A stretch of 64,000 bases of DNA from Antedon mediterranea. Lineage: Eukaryota > Animalia > Echinodermata. How positions within the stretch are numbered: position 1 is the stretch's first letter; each line of letters starts with the position of its first letter. The DNA lies in the NCBI RefSeq assembly GCF_964355755.1, contig NC_092680.1:7936001-8000000 (forward strand). The letters run 5' to 3'. Under the pieces are notes generated by a model, which searched no databases, was not told the DNA's origin, and worked only from the letters and a program-made list of their open reading frames with translations. Positions 27,345 through 57,353 of the stretch are shown piece by piece. The translations under genes were made by a program, and so were the position numbers.

Positions 27345-28626
27345 TAAACTTTTATGATAGCGTTCACTTCTACGTTGTTGGTTATTGTTATTAGTTACTA
27401 CATTATTATTGTAAAGCCAAAACGACTTCCGCAAAAGTATGTTTCATTTTTTTTTAAATGTTTTCTGATTTAGCCAAATCTAATTCGGTACCGTTCTATT
27501 TTAAACTTGCACAATATCTATATAAAGTTCTTAATCATTACCCGTTAACTATTTATTCCAGTTAATAATATACCGGTACGGTACTACTGTTAATGTTTCA
27601 ATGAAAAGAAAAACAGAACAAAACTATAAAAAGAAACTTATCTTGAATAATGATACAAATTGTTAAACTACATAACTTATACTTGTCTACATTAAAAATA
27701 AAATTATGAAAATATGGGCTGAAAAGGATAGAAACTATATTCCAAAGAAAACGATAACCATAATGATTGGATGGAATAAGCCAGGAGAGAATCTGATCAC
27801 ATAGACTCATAATACTGATGAATTAATTGCAAAAATAGATTGCATTCGTTTAAAATATCTTACATTTTTAAAAAACAATAGCGCAGTTTAAATATACGCA
27901 TTATAAAACTTACTCCAACTTATGAAAGGGAAGTCATGATTAAACATTTCGATTTTTATTACAAAAAAGAACTTTCTGTTTTACATGTTTATCAAAATAT
28001 ATGATTAATTGGTTTATGCAAAAACACGGCCTATATTAATCGATGTTCCTCATATGTTAGGTCTATTATGACCTAACTTAAAAGTAACCATAAGTCAATT
28101 AATTTTTTGTTTATGCGTTTTTTGGTTTTGTTTGTTTTTTTCCTATTCAATTTAATAATCATGAGTGTAAGTATCGTAATCATTTTAGTTTAGGTTTAAT
28201 TCTAGTTTCAGGCCTAGATAATTAGGCCTACTATAGTAGATATATACGGATAGCGGACGGTTCGATGACCAGTAAACATTATAATTGACCACTTCCAGTG
28301 AAGTTGTTTTCTTAACTATTAAAGGTAAGCCGGTTGAACTTATCGATTATTCTGTTAACCTTCAGAAACTTATGATCTACATGATTATTTCTTTCCTCCT
28401 GAATATATCACTTTGGAACGCTCTAGATAGAGTTGAAAGGTCAGGTTTCGAAGTAGTTATAACTTAGCTCCGGAAGCTCGCTTCCTAATGATAAGCTTAT
28501 TAGTAGATACAATGGCATAGTATTTTGTTGGTATTGTTACAGCATCCAGGACATAACTATTTTGTCACCCACACGGGCCAAGAGTGTACCTTACACTGTC
28601 ATCTCTGAAACCACAAATTCATCACC

Positions 28627-45255
<16,629 letters not shown>

Positions 45256-45794
45256 AATAAATTTTGATTTGTGATTTTATGAATTTCTTTTACAATTGTT
45301 GTAGTAAATGTAAATAATAATGACGATTTTATAGATTTTTCATTGTGCCAACTGTGTATAATTGTTCATGCTAAATAAAAATGTATTTGCGAGGTCTACG
45401 AGTGTTATAAGAGGTTTACTCCGAGTAAAATGACATGGCAGCAATTATACGTATTATACGTATTAAACTCAGTCCACACTGACAAAAAAAGTGTAGTGAT
45501 ATTCCCAAATATGGTAGTGATATGTCATCCATATATGGGCACATTACATTGTTTTTCACATGAAGTTTGATAGTGTAGACAGAGTTTTAAGGAGCGTCCG
45601 ATTTTAGACGACCTATAAGGTTATTTAATTGTGCGCAAGCAGTTGTGATGTTCGATGACATCAATCAATCTTGGGGTCTTCGTTTATTGTCAACGGTGAC
45701 CTACAACAGGAACTTAAGAATCATGAAGAATCCAATCCTTTCATTCATGTGCATTTATCAGTGAAGGAATTACAGTATAATAGTTATTAAAGTC

Positions 45795-48476
45795 TTCTGT
45801 ATATTTGACAGATGTATTGCCTATCACTGACTTAGTAGGCCTACTGTAATTTCTGAGTAGTCATGTTGCCATAGTAAGGTCATACCCACTGACTATTCCT
45901 AGGTTCGAATCTAATCTTCAGTTTATTTGACAGATGTATTGCCTATCACTGACTTAGTAGGCCTACTGTAATTTCTGAGTAGTCATGTTGCCATAGTAAG
46001 GTCATACCCACTGACTATTCATAGGTTCGAATCTAATCTTCTGTTTTATTTGACAGATGTTGCCTATCATTGACTTAGTAGGCCTACTGTAATTTCTGAG
46101 TAGTCATGTTGCCATAGTAAGGTCATACCCACTGACTATTCCTAGGCTCGAATCTAATCTTCAGTTTATTTGACAGATGTATTGCCTATCACTGACTTAG
46201 TAGGCCTACTGTAATTTCTGAGTAGTCATGTTGCCATAGTAAGGTCATACCCACTGACTATTCATAGGTTCGAATCTAATCTTCAGTTTATTTGACAGAT
46301 GTATTGCCTATCACTGACTTAGTAGGCCTACTGTAATTTCTGAGTAGTCATGTTGCCATAGTAAGGTCATACCCACTGACTATTCCTAGGTTCGAATCTA
46401 ATCTTCAGTTTATTTGACAGATGTATTGCCTATCACTGACTTAGTAGGCCTACTGTAATTTCTGAGTAGTCATGTTGCCATAGTAAGGTCATACCCACTG
46501 ACTATTCATAGGTTCGAATCTAATCTTCTGTTTTATTTGACAGATGTTGCCTATCATTGACTTAGTAGGCCTACTGTAATTTCTGAGTAGTCATGTTGCC
46601 ATAGTAAGGTCATACCCACTGACTATTCCTAGGCTCGAATCTAATCTTCAGTTTATTTGACAGATGTATTGCCTATCACTGACTTAGTAGGCCTACTGTA
46701 ATTTCTGAGTAGTCATGTTGCCATAGTAAGGTCATACCCACTGACTATTCCTAGGCTCGAATCTAATCTTCAGTTTATTTGACAGATGTATTGCCTATCA
46801 CTGACTTAGTAGGCCTACTGTAATTTCTGAGTAGTCATGTTGCCATAGTAAGGTCATACCCACTGACTATTCCTAGGCTCGAATCTAATCTTCAGTTTAT
46901 TTGACAGATGTATTGCCTATCACTGACTTAGTAGGCCTACTGTAATTTCTGAGTAGTCATGTTGCCATAGTAAGGTCATACCCACTGACTATTCATAGGT
47001 TCGAATCTAATCTTCTGTTTTATTTGACAGATGTTGCCTATCATTGACTTAGTAGGCCTACTGTAATTTCTGAGTAGTCATGTTGCCATAGTAAGGTCAT
47101 ACCCACTGACTATTCCTAGGCTCGAATCTAATCTTCTGTTTATTTGACAGATGTATTGCCTATCACTGACTTAGTAGGCCTACTGTAATTTCTGAGTAGT
47201 CATGTTGCCATAGTAAGGTCATACCCACTGACTATTCCTAGGCTCGAATCTAATCTTCAGTTTATTTGACAGATGTATTGCCTATCACTGACTTAGTAGG
47301 CCTACTGTAATTTCTGAGTAGTCATGTTGCCATAGTAAGGTAATACCCACTGACTATTCCTAGGTTCGAATCTAATCTTCTGTTTTATTTGACAGATGTA
47401 TTGCCTATCATTGACTTAGTAGGCCTACTGTAATTTCTGAGTAGTCATGTTGCCATAGTAAGGTCATACCCACTGACTATTCCTAGGCTCGAATCTAATC
47501 TTCAGTTTATTTGACAGATGTATTGCCTATCACTGACTTAGTAGGCCTACTGTAATTTCTGAGTAGTCATGTTGCCATAGTAAGGTCATACCCATTGACT
47601 ATTCCTAGGCTCGAATCTAATCTTCAGTTTATTTGACAGATGTATTGCCTATCACTGACTTAGTAGGCCTACTGTAATTTCTGAGTAGTCATGTTGCCAT
47701 AGTAAGGTCATACCCACTGACTATTCCTAGGCTCGAATCTAATCTTCTGTATATTTGACAGATGTATTGCCTATCACTGACTTAGTAGGCCTACTGTAAT
47801 TTCTGAGTAGTCATGTTGCCATAGTAAGGTCATACCCACTGACTATTCCTAGGCTCGAATCTAATCTTCAGTTTATTTGACAGATGTATTGCCTATCACT
47901 GACTTAGTAGGCCTACTGTAATTTCTGAGTAGTCATGTTGCCATAGTATGGTCATACCCACTGACTATTCCTAGGCACGAATCTAATCTTCTGTTTTATT
48001 TGACAGATGTATTGCCTATCATTGACTTAGTAGGCCTACTGTAATTTCTGAGTAGTCATGTTGCCATAGTAAGGTCATACCCACTGACTATTCCTAGGCT
48101 CGAATCTAATCTTCTGTATATTTGACAGATGTATTGCCTATCACTGACTTAGTAGGCCTACTGTAATTTCTGAGTAGTCATGTTGCCATAGTAAGGTCAT
48201 ACCCACTGACTATTCCTAGGCTCGAATCTAATCTTCAGTTTATTTGACAGATGTATTGCCTATCACTGACTTAGTAGGCCTACTGTAATTTCTGAGTAGT
48301 CATGTTGCCATAGTAAGGTCATACCCACTGACTATTCATAGGTTCGAATCTAATCTTCTGTTTTATTTGACAGATGTTGCCTATCATTGACTTAGTAGGC
48401 CTACTGTAATTTCTGAGTAGTCATGTTGCCATAGTAAGGTCATACCCATTGACTATTCCTAGGCTCAAATCTAATC
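45795..48476. repeat. Homogeneous tandem satellite, ~122-bp unit, ~22 copies
   Basis: Unit atttgacagatgtattgcctatcactgacttagtaggcctactgtaatttctgagtagtcatgttgccatagtaaggtcatacccactgactattcctaggytcgaatctaatcttcagttt; starts at 45803, 45925, 46048, 46168... Confidence 0.97.
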
Positions 48477-49435
48477 CTATAAAGTTTGGTGCTCTCTATG
48501 GACTCAGCCTAATTATTAAGGTAATTTTACCGAGTACCCGGTATATCTTATCAATAAACAAAACGATCGTAATTACTATACTTTCAATTCAATTAATTTA
48601 GATAAATGTCAAATTGAAGTAACTTCATTAATAATAAATCGTTATATTAATTTAGCACACTGAATATTAAGGATTGGAAATAAACGCTGATTCCGTCAAT
48701 TGTTTCGAATTTAGTCACGTGTCAGCTGTGTCAACTATCAAATAGAAATGTTCTGACGAGTATTAATTTTAGCAATTGTTTAATAAGTATTGTCTATTTA
48801 CAGACATGAAATTGTGGAAATGGGTTCAAACGTTATATTTATAGCAATTAATTACCATAGCGCCTCTTTATAATTGTTTCCACATGAAAACTACCCCTTT
48901 CATACGTTTCAGTGACTACCGGAAAATATTTTAAACATGACATAGTTTCTTTATTATTCATTTGAGGACACTGTACTTTATTACATTTACATCAAAAGCT
49001 GATCGTGAATGCTTTTACTTGCCATATAGACAAGTCATATTTTGTAACAATTAAACGCCATAGGTTTAAAATAAATGTCTGACTTTAGCATTAAAAAGAT
49101 GTTGGGCTTATTGAAACATCAACATTGTTCATAATATATATATATATATACATTTTATGAATAAACTGAATGTGGTGTGTTACTTAGGGATTAATGATAA
49201 GATTGACGTGACTGTACTAAACTTTAATCATAATAATATTGTATTTGTCAATTATTCAACTTGCCTTGTACTATATTCAGTTACTAATTTCTTTGTTTTG
49301 GTGATCTGAATTAAAATCCTACATATACTGTATTTGTTCAAGAATCAGCCAAACTATTTAGGCCTATAATAAATAAATGCTATAATATCATAATACAATA
49401 CGGTACAAACTATATTTGATAGTTGGTAATAAAAG

Positions 49436-50674
49436 CTATTCATGTATGCTATCCTTATCCTCCCATGCCCACTCTCGCAGCAAACCCCTCAGGTGGATCT
49501 CACAAATTCTATTCGAGAACAGTACAACATAAATGTACTGCGCTTCTCCAATATCAACCTAGGGAATTAAACAATACATTAACCAATGCGTGATTGATGG
49601 ATTTTAATGAAAAAAATTCATCATAAAGTCTATTTTGTCATTCATTGTATACGTGTAATTTGAAGGAAAACCAATATTATTTGAAAGAAATAATAACTGG
49701 TTCTGTTTCAAAAGCTTTTCAGTTAAGATAAATATTACGAAAACGTACAATGTTGTGAATAGTGAGTACTACATAGTATTAGTTATTATTAGACATACCT
49801 TAACACAATAGTTCGTTGTTCCTGGTTGAGTACGAGTGATTTGGTCCCAAAATTTAGTTGCATTGAAAGTCGAATATTTCGTGTTTGCTAATTTTTCAAA
49901 TTCATCCTTTACCTAAAATGTTTATAAAAGAATACAGAATACTAAATCATTTATTCTACAAATTACTTAAGGATTATTTTGATAGATTTTCCTAAGCTAG
50001 AGCTAGTATCTTACCTGGCTCGCTTCTCTTAGGTTTTAGGGATACCAACAATAAATAAAGTAAGTAAAACCGTCAGAAAGAAGGGCCAACCTTTCGTAAA
50101 ATACAATTCCTTCGCTAAGGCTACTATAATTGTATTAAATAACAACTGGTTGAAAAAATACTTTTAACTAATATAAGTTCAGATCAAAGATAATCAACAA
50201 CAAATAACATGTATCTCACTGGAGATATAAATAAAAAAATACAGAAAGGTAAATAAAAAACGCCATTATTTATTAATCAGGGCTAGCTAATGATGTATTA
50301 ATAGTAAGTTCAGATCAAAGATGATCATCAATAAATAACACATGTAGGCCTATGTCACTGGAGATATAAATAAAATAAGGAAAGGTAAATAAAAAACGCC
50401 ACTATTTATTAATCAGGGCTACAGTAGCTAATGATTTATTAATATTAAGTTCAGATCAAAGATGTTCATCACCTGTAAAGTATCTATATCTGAATTACAA
50501 ATTAACGAACAATCCTTATTTACGGATATTCTACGTACGCGATACCGGCAAATATTGTAGAAAAGTTTGCCAATAAAAACATTTTCCTACCTGGTTGACC
50601 ATTCGTTGTACAGATTCAGTAGCAGATTGGCTTGGCTGGCTCCAGCCTCCCGGAATTGTCCGTTTAATGGGCAT
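49436..50674 (-). CDS. Divergent type-1 cystatin (stefin / cystatin-A/B-like), 106 aa, 3 exons
   Basis: Minus-strand exons 50674-50591 (MPIKRTIPGGWSQPSQSATESVQRMVNQ), 49912-49799 (VKDEFEKLANTKYSTFNATKFWDQITRTQPGTTNYCVK), 49558-49436 (VDIGEAQYIYVVLFSNRICEIHLRGLLREWAWEDKDSIHE*). Phase-0 GT-AG introns fall at the canonical stefin positions (Q|V and K|V); N-terminal IPGG trunk and TNYxxKV present. Confidence 0.85.
50172..50470. repeat. Tandem duplication, ~130-140-bp unit, ~2.3 copies, in stefin intron 1
   Basis: taagttcagatcaaagat...cactggagatataaataaaa...gaaaggtaaataaaaaacgcca...attaatcagggcta repeated. Confidence 0.8.
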
Positions 50675-51590
50675 TATACCACCGGACTAAAACAGTAAAT
50701 AATGTAAACTTAGTGGATTAACACAGAACTTAGTTCCTGCTATTATTGCTATCGAGTGGGATTATAATAAATGTTTTTGAAATTTAAAAGCAAACACGAT
50801 ACAGGGAAGTGATTGCTTGTGTAAACAGAAGGTATAAAAGCCTTTATGAAAGTCAAACAAAAGTGTCCGAGTCAAAGTGAATGAGATATTATTTGAATAT
50901 TATTAAGCTCCCGTGAATTATGCAATATACTGATATTGAGAAAATAATTACATAATATAAGACCTAATCATAACATCTGAGATGCAATTTATATTATTTT
51001 TATTCAAAAGTTCCGTGTGCTTGAATTTGACATTAAGTTATACAAAATGATGTAAGAACATACAGTGAGACTATACTATTACTCATCGTACACTTATATG
51101 TATATACTTTAGTATATCGGGGTGAAGGGGGCGGATATATGCATAAAATAAAATACATTAATGGGTTCCAGTTTTAATATGGTTTTCCTCTGAATAGGGG
51201 TGTCCCAAAGGTACTACTGTATATAAAAACAACATAGGACGGAAAGGTGGAGGCCTATGACGAAGCTTTCTCTCTTTCTCTTTTAAATCCTCTACTGGAG
51301 TAGGCCTATAGGCTACGTGTATATTACTTCAGCAAAATAAATATTTTCCAAATGTCATAGAAAATAATACTAAAAAATCAATTGAGAAAAAAAATTGATT
51401 CTGAGAAGTCACTTATGTTTTCAGTTTCACTATTTGTTCAAAAAGGTTATCATCATACTACGCAGTCTTTAAAAACGTTGTGCCAAAATTCTTTCATGAA
51501 ATCATGATTCCTGCTATGGCTCTCATTTAGAATCGTTCACAATTAGAATCGTTCACAGTTAAGGCATTAAGCCTTGTTTTCACCTGCTCT

Positions 51591-51769
51591 AAGGGTATTT
51601 CACACCTGTTCCGGCACGGTTCCGGTCCGGCGGATCGAACATGAATGTTTCGCTTTCACAACACTCCACGCGGCTATGCGCCAATCGATGTGCGCAGCCG
51701 CATGAACACGAAACATTGACGTTCCATTGGATTTTCTGGCGCCGTACCGGAACAGGTGTGAAAGACCAT
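51591..51769. mobile_element. MITE (Harbinger-like)
   Basis: Inverted arms tttcacacctgttccggcacgg / ccgtaccggaacaggtgtgaaa; GC-rich relative to the flanks. Confidence 0.7.
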
Positions 51770-52854
51770 TTAGCCTTCAATTTTTTACCCTGTTTTAGGG
51801 CCTAGACGCAGCATAATAGAAAAAAAGAATATTAAATATTTCCAAGAAGCATATATTACCAAAAATTGACATATTATATATTTGTAATAACGGTTTAGTA
51901 AGATCAACAATAATGTCTCCGATGAAAATTATTAATTTTGATTACTATTTAGCCAATATATTTGGTTTTTCTACTATTCACTTGCGATGATTATATTCAG
52001 CTATACTATTCAAGATCAACATAATACGCTTATCTTTAGAAAAAGCATTATCCAAATACCTTCAATTTATTTCTGTGTTGTCAAACAGTAGTCCGTTAGC
52101 CTAAAATGTAAATAGGCATATTGTGCGCGCCGCAGTTAAAATTTCAAGATAAGTTCAAAAGACGTTTAAAAAGAAAAGAAACGGGGATATCATACAGTAC
52201 AGGAGTAATTTATTTTATTGAAGTAAAAAGTTCAAACTTGTTTCGTGACGAACAGAAAACGCCGCATTTCAATGATTCAATTAACAAAACGGTGCCGTCT
52301 TCCGTTTTGCCAAATAAGGACAGTATTTGGATAGTAGTTCTAAGAATTGTAGTTCGAAATCTTTAAGCACTGAGCTGTCTACACAATCAAACAAGTCTGA
52401 CAAAAAAGTGTGATGTGCCCAAATATAGAAGCGATTGGCACATGACGTCATGTTTTTGTCACATCAAGATTAATAGTGATTAATTCTTGTAGATAGGTAG
52501 TTTTCGTAAGTGGGGAGTTGACCGGATACATATTTAATGTAATAATTGTTCGATTTAACAGATCGAAATATTTTGGTTCTTTTCTTGAATTAGTAATAAA
52601 TGGTGTGTTAATAAGTGGTATGCTATGGTATAGTAAATATTAGATTAGTATTTTCGATAGGCGGTGTGACAGAAATGCATTTTCACACACTCCGTAAATA
52701 AACCACTTAAATAATATCAATGATAATTATTATCTGTACTTCTTTTTTATATCAAATTACTGAATTATATTATAAACAAATGTAACGTCACCAATACAGT
52801 ACAATAAAATAGTGGTTCTTTACTATTATAGACAAATTGAAAGTTATATATTAA

Positions 52855-53193
52855 AGATGTATTGTCCCCCAAAAACTTGAAAAATGAAGATTAATTAAAT
52901 CAGACTTTGAATAGGTTATTTTGTAGTTTTAATAAAGTTAATCACTTCTGAAGAAAAAAAACCAAAAATAATGTTTTCATTTATAAAATAACATAATAAA
53001 TGGTTAAATTAAACCAAAAATCCATTGGCTGGCAGCCAATTTGAAAATTTTTTGCTTTAAATTCCAGTTTTTTTAGGTATATACATTTTTTTTGGATCCA
53101 ATTTTTTGTCGAAGTAAATAACTATTATGTGACATTAAAGTGGCATATTAAAAAAAAAAGTTTTTAATTATTTTTCAGGGGGACAATACATCT
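52855..53193. mobile_element. Non-autonomous TTAA-targeting DNA transposon (Kolobok-like), copy 1
   Basis: TTAA-agatgtattgtccccc ... gggggacaatacatct-TTAA. Confidence 0.8.
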
Positions 53194-53494
53194 TTAATAT
53201 ACAAAGATGTTATAATTACAGCATGGAGCCATCTCCATGATTACATCTTAAGGATGCAAAGTGTTCTATATATAACAAATCAACATAAATAGCCTATAAT
53301 GTATAATAATTATGTATTTTTTAAATAGTTTATTATATTAACCGAGCACCATTCACTGGTTTATAATAACATTGCTGTACAACAAAAAGAGAGAAAAGCT
53401 TATTTTTATGAAGTTAAAAATACTATGGAAAGTGACAGTTCTGGAGTACTGTGTTTAATGTGAATGGTTTTAAATTTATAAAGTAGAGTGTTAA

Positions 53495-53782
53495 AAATGT
53501 ATTGTCTCCCAAAAACATGAAAAATGAAGATATATTTAATCAGAATTTGAATAAGGTTATTTTGTGGTTTTAATACATTTAATCACTTCCATAGGAAAAA
53601 AAAAATTTTCACCTATAAAAAAACCCATTTGCTGGCAGCAAATTTGACTATTTTTAGCTTTACATTATATTTTTCATGTAAATAAATTTTTCATTCATCC
53701 AGTTTTTGTTCAAAGTGGATAACTATTAAGTGACATCAAAATGGCATATTCAACAAAAAATTGTTAGAGGGACAATACATCT
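53495..53782. mobile_element. Non-autonomous TTAA-targeting DNA transposon (Kolobok-like), copy 2
   Basis: TTAA-aaatgtattgtctccc ... gggacaatacatct-TTAA; interior homologous to copy 1. A more diverged relative lies at ~40490-40717. Confidence 0.78.
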
Positions 53783-54435
53783 TTAATTGTTTTGATTTGC
53801 CACATTCCAGAATGGTGGTGTTCTTTAAATCACACGTGTGCGTCTGCTATGCAAGAAATACCATGTAGAAAAACTCTGTTGTAAATGCTATTCTTGCTCA
53901 ATGTTTTAGTCAATACACTGTTTTCTGGAAATTGAAGAATTGTGTGTCACTATATTCAATACTTAAAGAAATCATATACTCTCTGCCATGGACAATCTTC
54001 TTACAATTTCAACTATGAATGTTTCTTTATTTGTTATCCAAATACCAGTTTCAAAACTATTGTTACAGCATTTATAAAAATTAAAGGAACTGTGAAGATA
54101 AACAAAGAAAATTCTATTAATTTGTTTATTAGTTTATTCTATTTCTTTCGTTTTAGCACTGAGCATTCAGGGACAAACCGTGATATCTACACTACTTCCA
54201 TAATCTCATTAAGATACACCAGCTAGGATTTTTTAAACAGGGGAACGATAACAATAATATTAATAGTCTGTCAACATAGATATCAAAAAGTACTTTTTGT
54301 ATATTATTAAATGTATTTTAATATCTATTTAATATATTTAATATATTTAATATATTTAATATATCAATTTTCCAAAATGTCTTCACATTTTTGATGAATA
54401 AATATCTATGTCTATAATTTCAAAAGTGTGTATTG

Positions 54436-55270
54436 TGCGGCTCTAGGGCTACACACAGGTTGCGGCTCTAGGGCTACACACAGGTTGCGGCTCTAGGGCT
54501 ACACACAGGTTGCGGCTCAAAGGGCTACACACAGGTTGCGGCTCTAGGGCTACACACAGGTTGCGGCTCAAAGGGCTACACACAGGTTGCGGCTTTAGGG
54601 CTACACACAGGTTGTGGCTCTAGGGCTACACACAGGTTGCGGCTCAAAGGGCTACACACAGGTTGCGGCTCTAGGGCTACACACAGGTTGCGGCTCTAGG
54701 GCTACACACAGGTTGCGGCTCAAAGGGCTACACACAGGTTGCGGCTCAAAGGGCTACACACAGGTTGCGGCTCAAAGGGCTACACACAGGTTGCGGCTCA
54801 AAGGGCTACACACAGGTTGCGGCTCTAGGGCTGCACACAGGTTGCGGCTCAAAGGGCTACACACAGGTTGCGGCTCTAGGCTACACACAGGTTGTGGCTC
54901 TAGGGCTACACACAGGTTGCGGCTCTAGGGCTACAAATAAGTTGCGGCTATAGGGCTACACACAGGTTGCGGTTCAAAGGGCTACACACAGGTTGCGGCT
55001 CTAGGGCTACACACAGGTTGCGGCTCTAGGGCTACACACAGGTTGCGGCTCTAGGGCTACAAATAGGTTGCGGCTATAGGGCTACACACAGGTTGCGGCT
55101 CAAAGGGCTACACACAGGTTGCGGCTCTAGGGCTACACACAGGTTGCGGCTCTAGGGTTACACACAGGTTGCGGCTCTACGGCTACAAATAGGTTGCGGC
55201 TCTAGGGCTACACACAGGTTGCGGCTCTAGGGCTACACACAGGTTCAGGCTTTAGGACTAAACACAGGTG
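54436..55270. repeat. GC-rich minisatellite, 25/26-bp unit, ~33 copies
   Basis: ggttgcggctctagggctacacaca interspersed with the variant ggttgcggctcaaagggctacacaca. Confidence 0.97.
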
Positions 55271-55979
55271 CCGCCCCTTGTACAATAAGGTCCCACTTCA
55301 GGATAAAACTATTTTGAATTAATCTTACCTCGCATAACTGTTCGTATTGATTTTATAAGATTTATAAGTTGTGTTTTCATTCCTGGCTCCTCGCCAAAAC
55401 CACCAGTACTTTGGTCACTTCCCCATCCAACTAAAACAGGAAATAGGTATTTCAGGATTATTTGTTGATGTATTGCCTCAGCACAACATTAATTTTGACC
55501 TGGCCTTTCAGCAGGTCCATGTGGTAAAATAAAGTTGAATTAAAATCTTTTTTTATTTTTTTAAATAAAAACACAATTGTGTTACTAAATACTCAATCAA
55601 ATCTGAAATCAATTATTTTTTCACATGATAGGATCGGTGTAGAAAAAGGTTAGACCTATCCTAGCTAGGCTGATCTTATTAGAAGAAGGTTTAGCAAGGT
55701 CCGTTCCTTACCAAGCATATTAAGAAAAGAACAGGAATTGATCATCTGGGCCTAGGTAGTTCTAAAATAACATTACTAAACTACAGTTACTGATTCAAAA
55801 CTTGCTATCAACTAAAACAACAACAACAACAATAAACTAACCTTTACTTAAAAAGCGCTCTTCATGCAAAACAGCAATTGCATTGATTATTAAAAGCCCA
55901 GCTTCTAAAAGGGAATAAAAACCAAACGCCATGTTGACAAATCATCAGTACTGCTGCCCCCAACGACAACGTACACAGT

Positions 55980-57030
55980 ACACATTATTCACTTTTAGAG
56001 AGTGCATTTAGATACACAACATATGTGACTAGTTTGTACAAAATTAATTTGTCAGCTTTAATTTCACATAAACCACCATGGCATTTAATTTTAATCTAAT
56101 CTATTTTCAACCCTGTTGGATTTTTAATGAAAATATCTAAGTGAAAAGGAATAATTGGTGTTTGCAGTTTAGTCAACAAATTACTTATATTGTAACTATG
56201 TTTTATTGAATTAATTATACCTTGGTACTGTAAAAAATTACATTGAATATTATAATGTTTTTTTAAATGTTCCCATGACATAAAAGAATTTTTTTCTGAA
56301 CGTAATACATCGTTGATATAAACTATTCTCCTTTCATACCAATTTTTTTTAAACACTGGCCTATTGGCAACTTTTATTTCGTTATTTCCCCACAAAAATA
56401 TTCTTGGGATATCTATATTTGTTTCTGGGTAATTACTTTGATTCAGATTATTCCAGGCTGTTCCAAAAGGCATTCCTTTCAGAAGTTAAAAAAAACACTT
56501 TTTTCCGATTTTATACCACTCATAAGAGAAACAAAAAAATTAGAAAGAGATTTCCATTTACCCGTGGAAGACATGTATCTCCGGATCCATATTAACTTTA
56601 AGGACTGAAAAAAATCTTCTATTTGAACCATATTAAAACCGCCTTGACTGTGATCTTTACAAATTTGTTTTCTACTTATTTTCTCACTAGATTTCCAAAT
56701 AAATTTTAAAAGTAATGTATTGAGCTTTGCAACAACATTTTTTATTGTGGTTTGGTATGGTTAAAATTATGTGATTTATTTTTGGAATAATTAGAGATTT
56801 TACAATAGTAAGCCTTCCAAGAGGCGTGAGATATCTTTTTGACCATTGGGCTGGGCTAGTGATTTTTGTAAAGATGTCATACATTTAATATAATAATTAG
56901 TTCTGGCATTTGAGTGTAGTCAACACAATACATGATGCCAAGAAGATTAAAGTGTCCATCATCTGGCCAATAGAAATCTTTTTCTTTACAAATTCTTTCT
57001 TTACAATGCGTTTTGCTCCCAATCCACATA
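55980..57030 (-). mobile_element. Decayed L1/Tx1-clade LINE ORF2 fragment
   Basis: Minus strand reads WIGSK...FNLLGI...WSKRYLTPLGRLTIVKSLIIPKINHI...FLWGNNEIKVANRPVFKKNWYERRIVYINDV...CNFLQYQGIINSI, typical of the post-RT region of Tx1/L1; frameshifts and deletions. Confidence 0.85.
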
Positions 57031-57353
57031 GCACGAACGAACTATTGTTGTTTATAAAATGTTAATGGCTTTTGAGTGTACTGCGCCGTTGAACCATGGA
57101 TCTATAATTATAATTTATAATATGTCAATGGTTGAACTCTTCTGTGAAGTTTTGGTAATCACAATGAGCTACTGCGCAAGTCGTTAACCCAGAAGCCCAC
57201 TGAGGCGTGAAAGCTGCTGGATCGATAATTATAATATAATATAACTGTTTACAGGTTCAGTTAAACTGTTGCCCGAACTCTTGTCATAGTATTGAAGCTT
57301 CGTCTATAATATCATCAGTTTAAAAGTTGCTCCAGCTGTACCTTATATTCAAA

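Noticed and set aside
45795-48476. CRISPR-like array
   Set aside because: Units are near-identical along their whole length with no unique spacers, there are no cas genes, and the context is eukaryotic.
50007-50025. U1 snRNA-like 5' end (atcttacctggc) or a micro-exon in stefin intron 1
   Set aside because: No further U1 similarity. It is a donor-like motif on the minus strand, and the nearest acceptor would give a 13-nt frameshifting exon.
54614-54953. Repetitive ORFs (GLHTGCGS...)
   Set aside because: Translation of a 25/26-bp minisatellite whose unit is not a multiple of three.
57295-57320. Hammerhead ribozyme core (ctgatga...cgaa on the minus strand)
   Set aside because: Lacks the GAAA core and the flanking stems; other ctganga hits I checked also failed.
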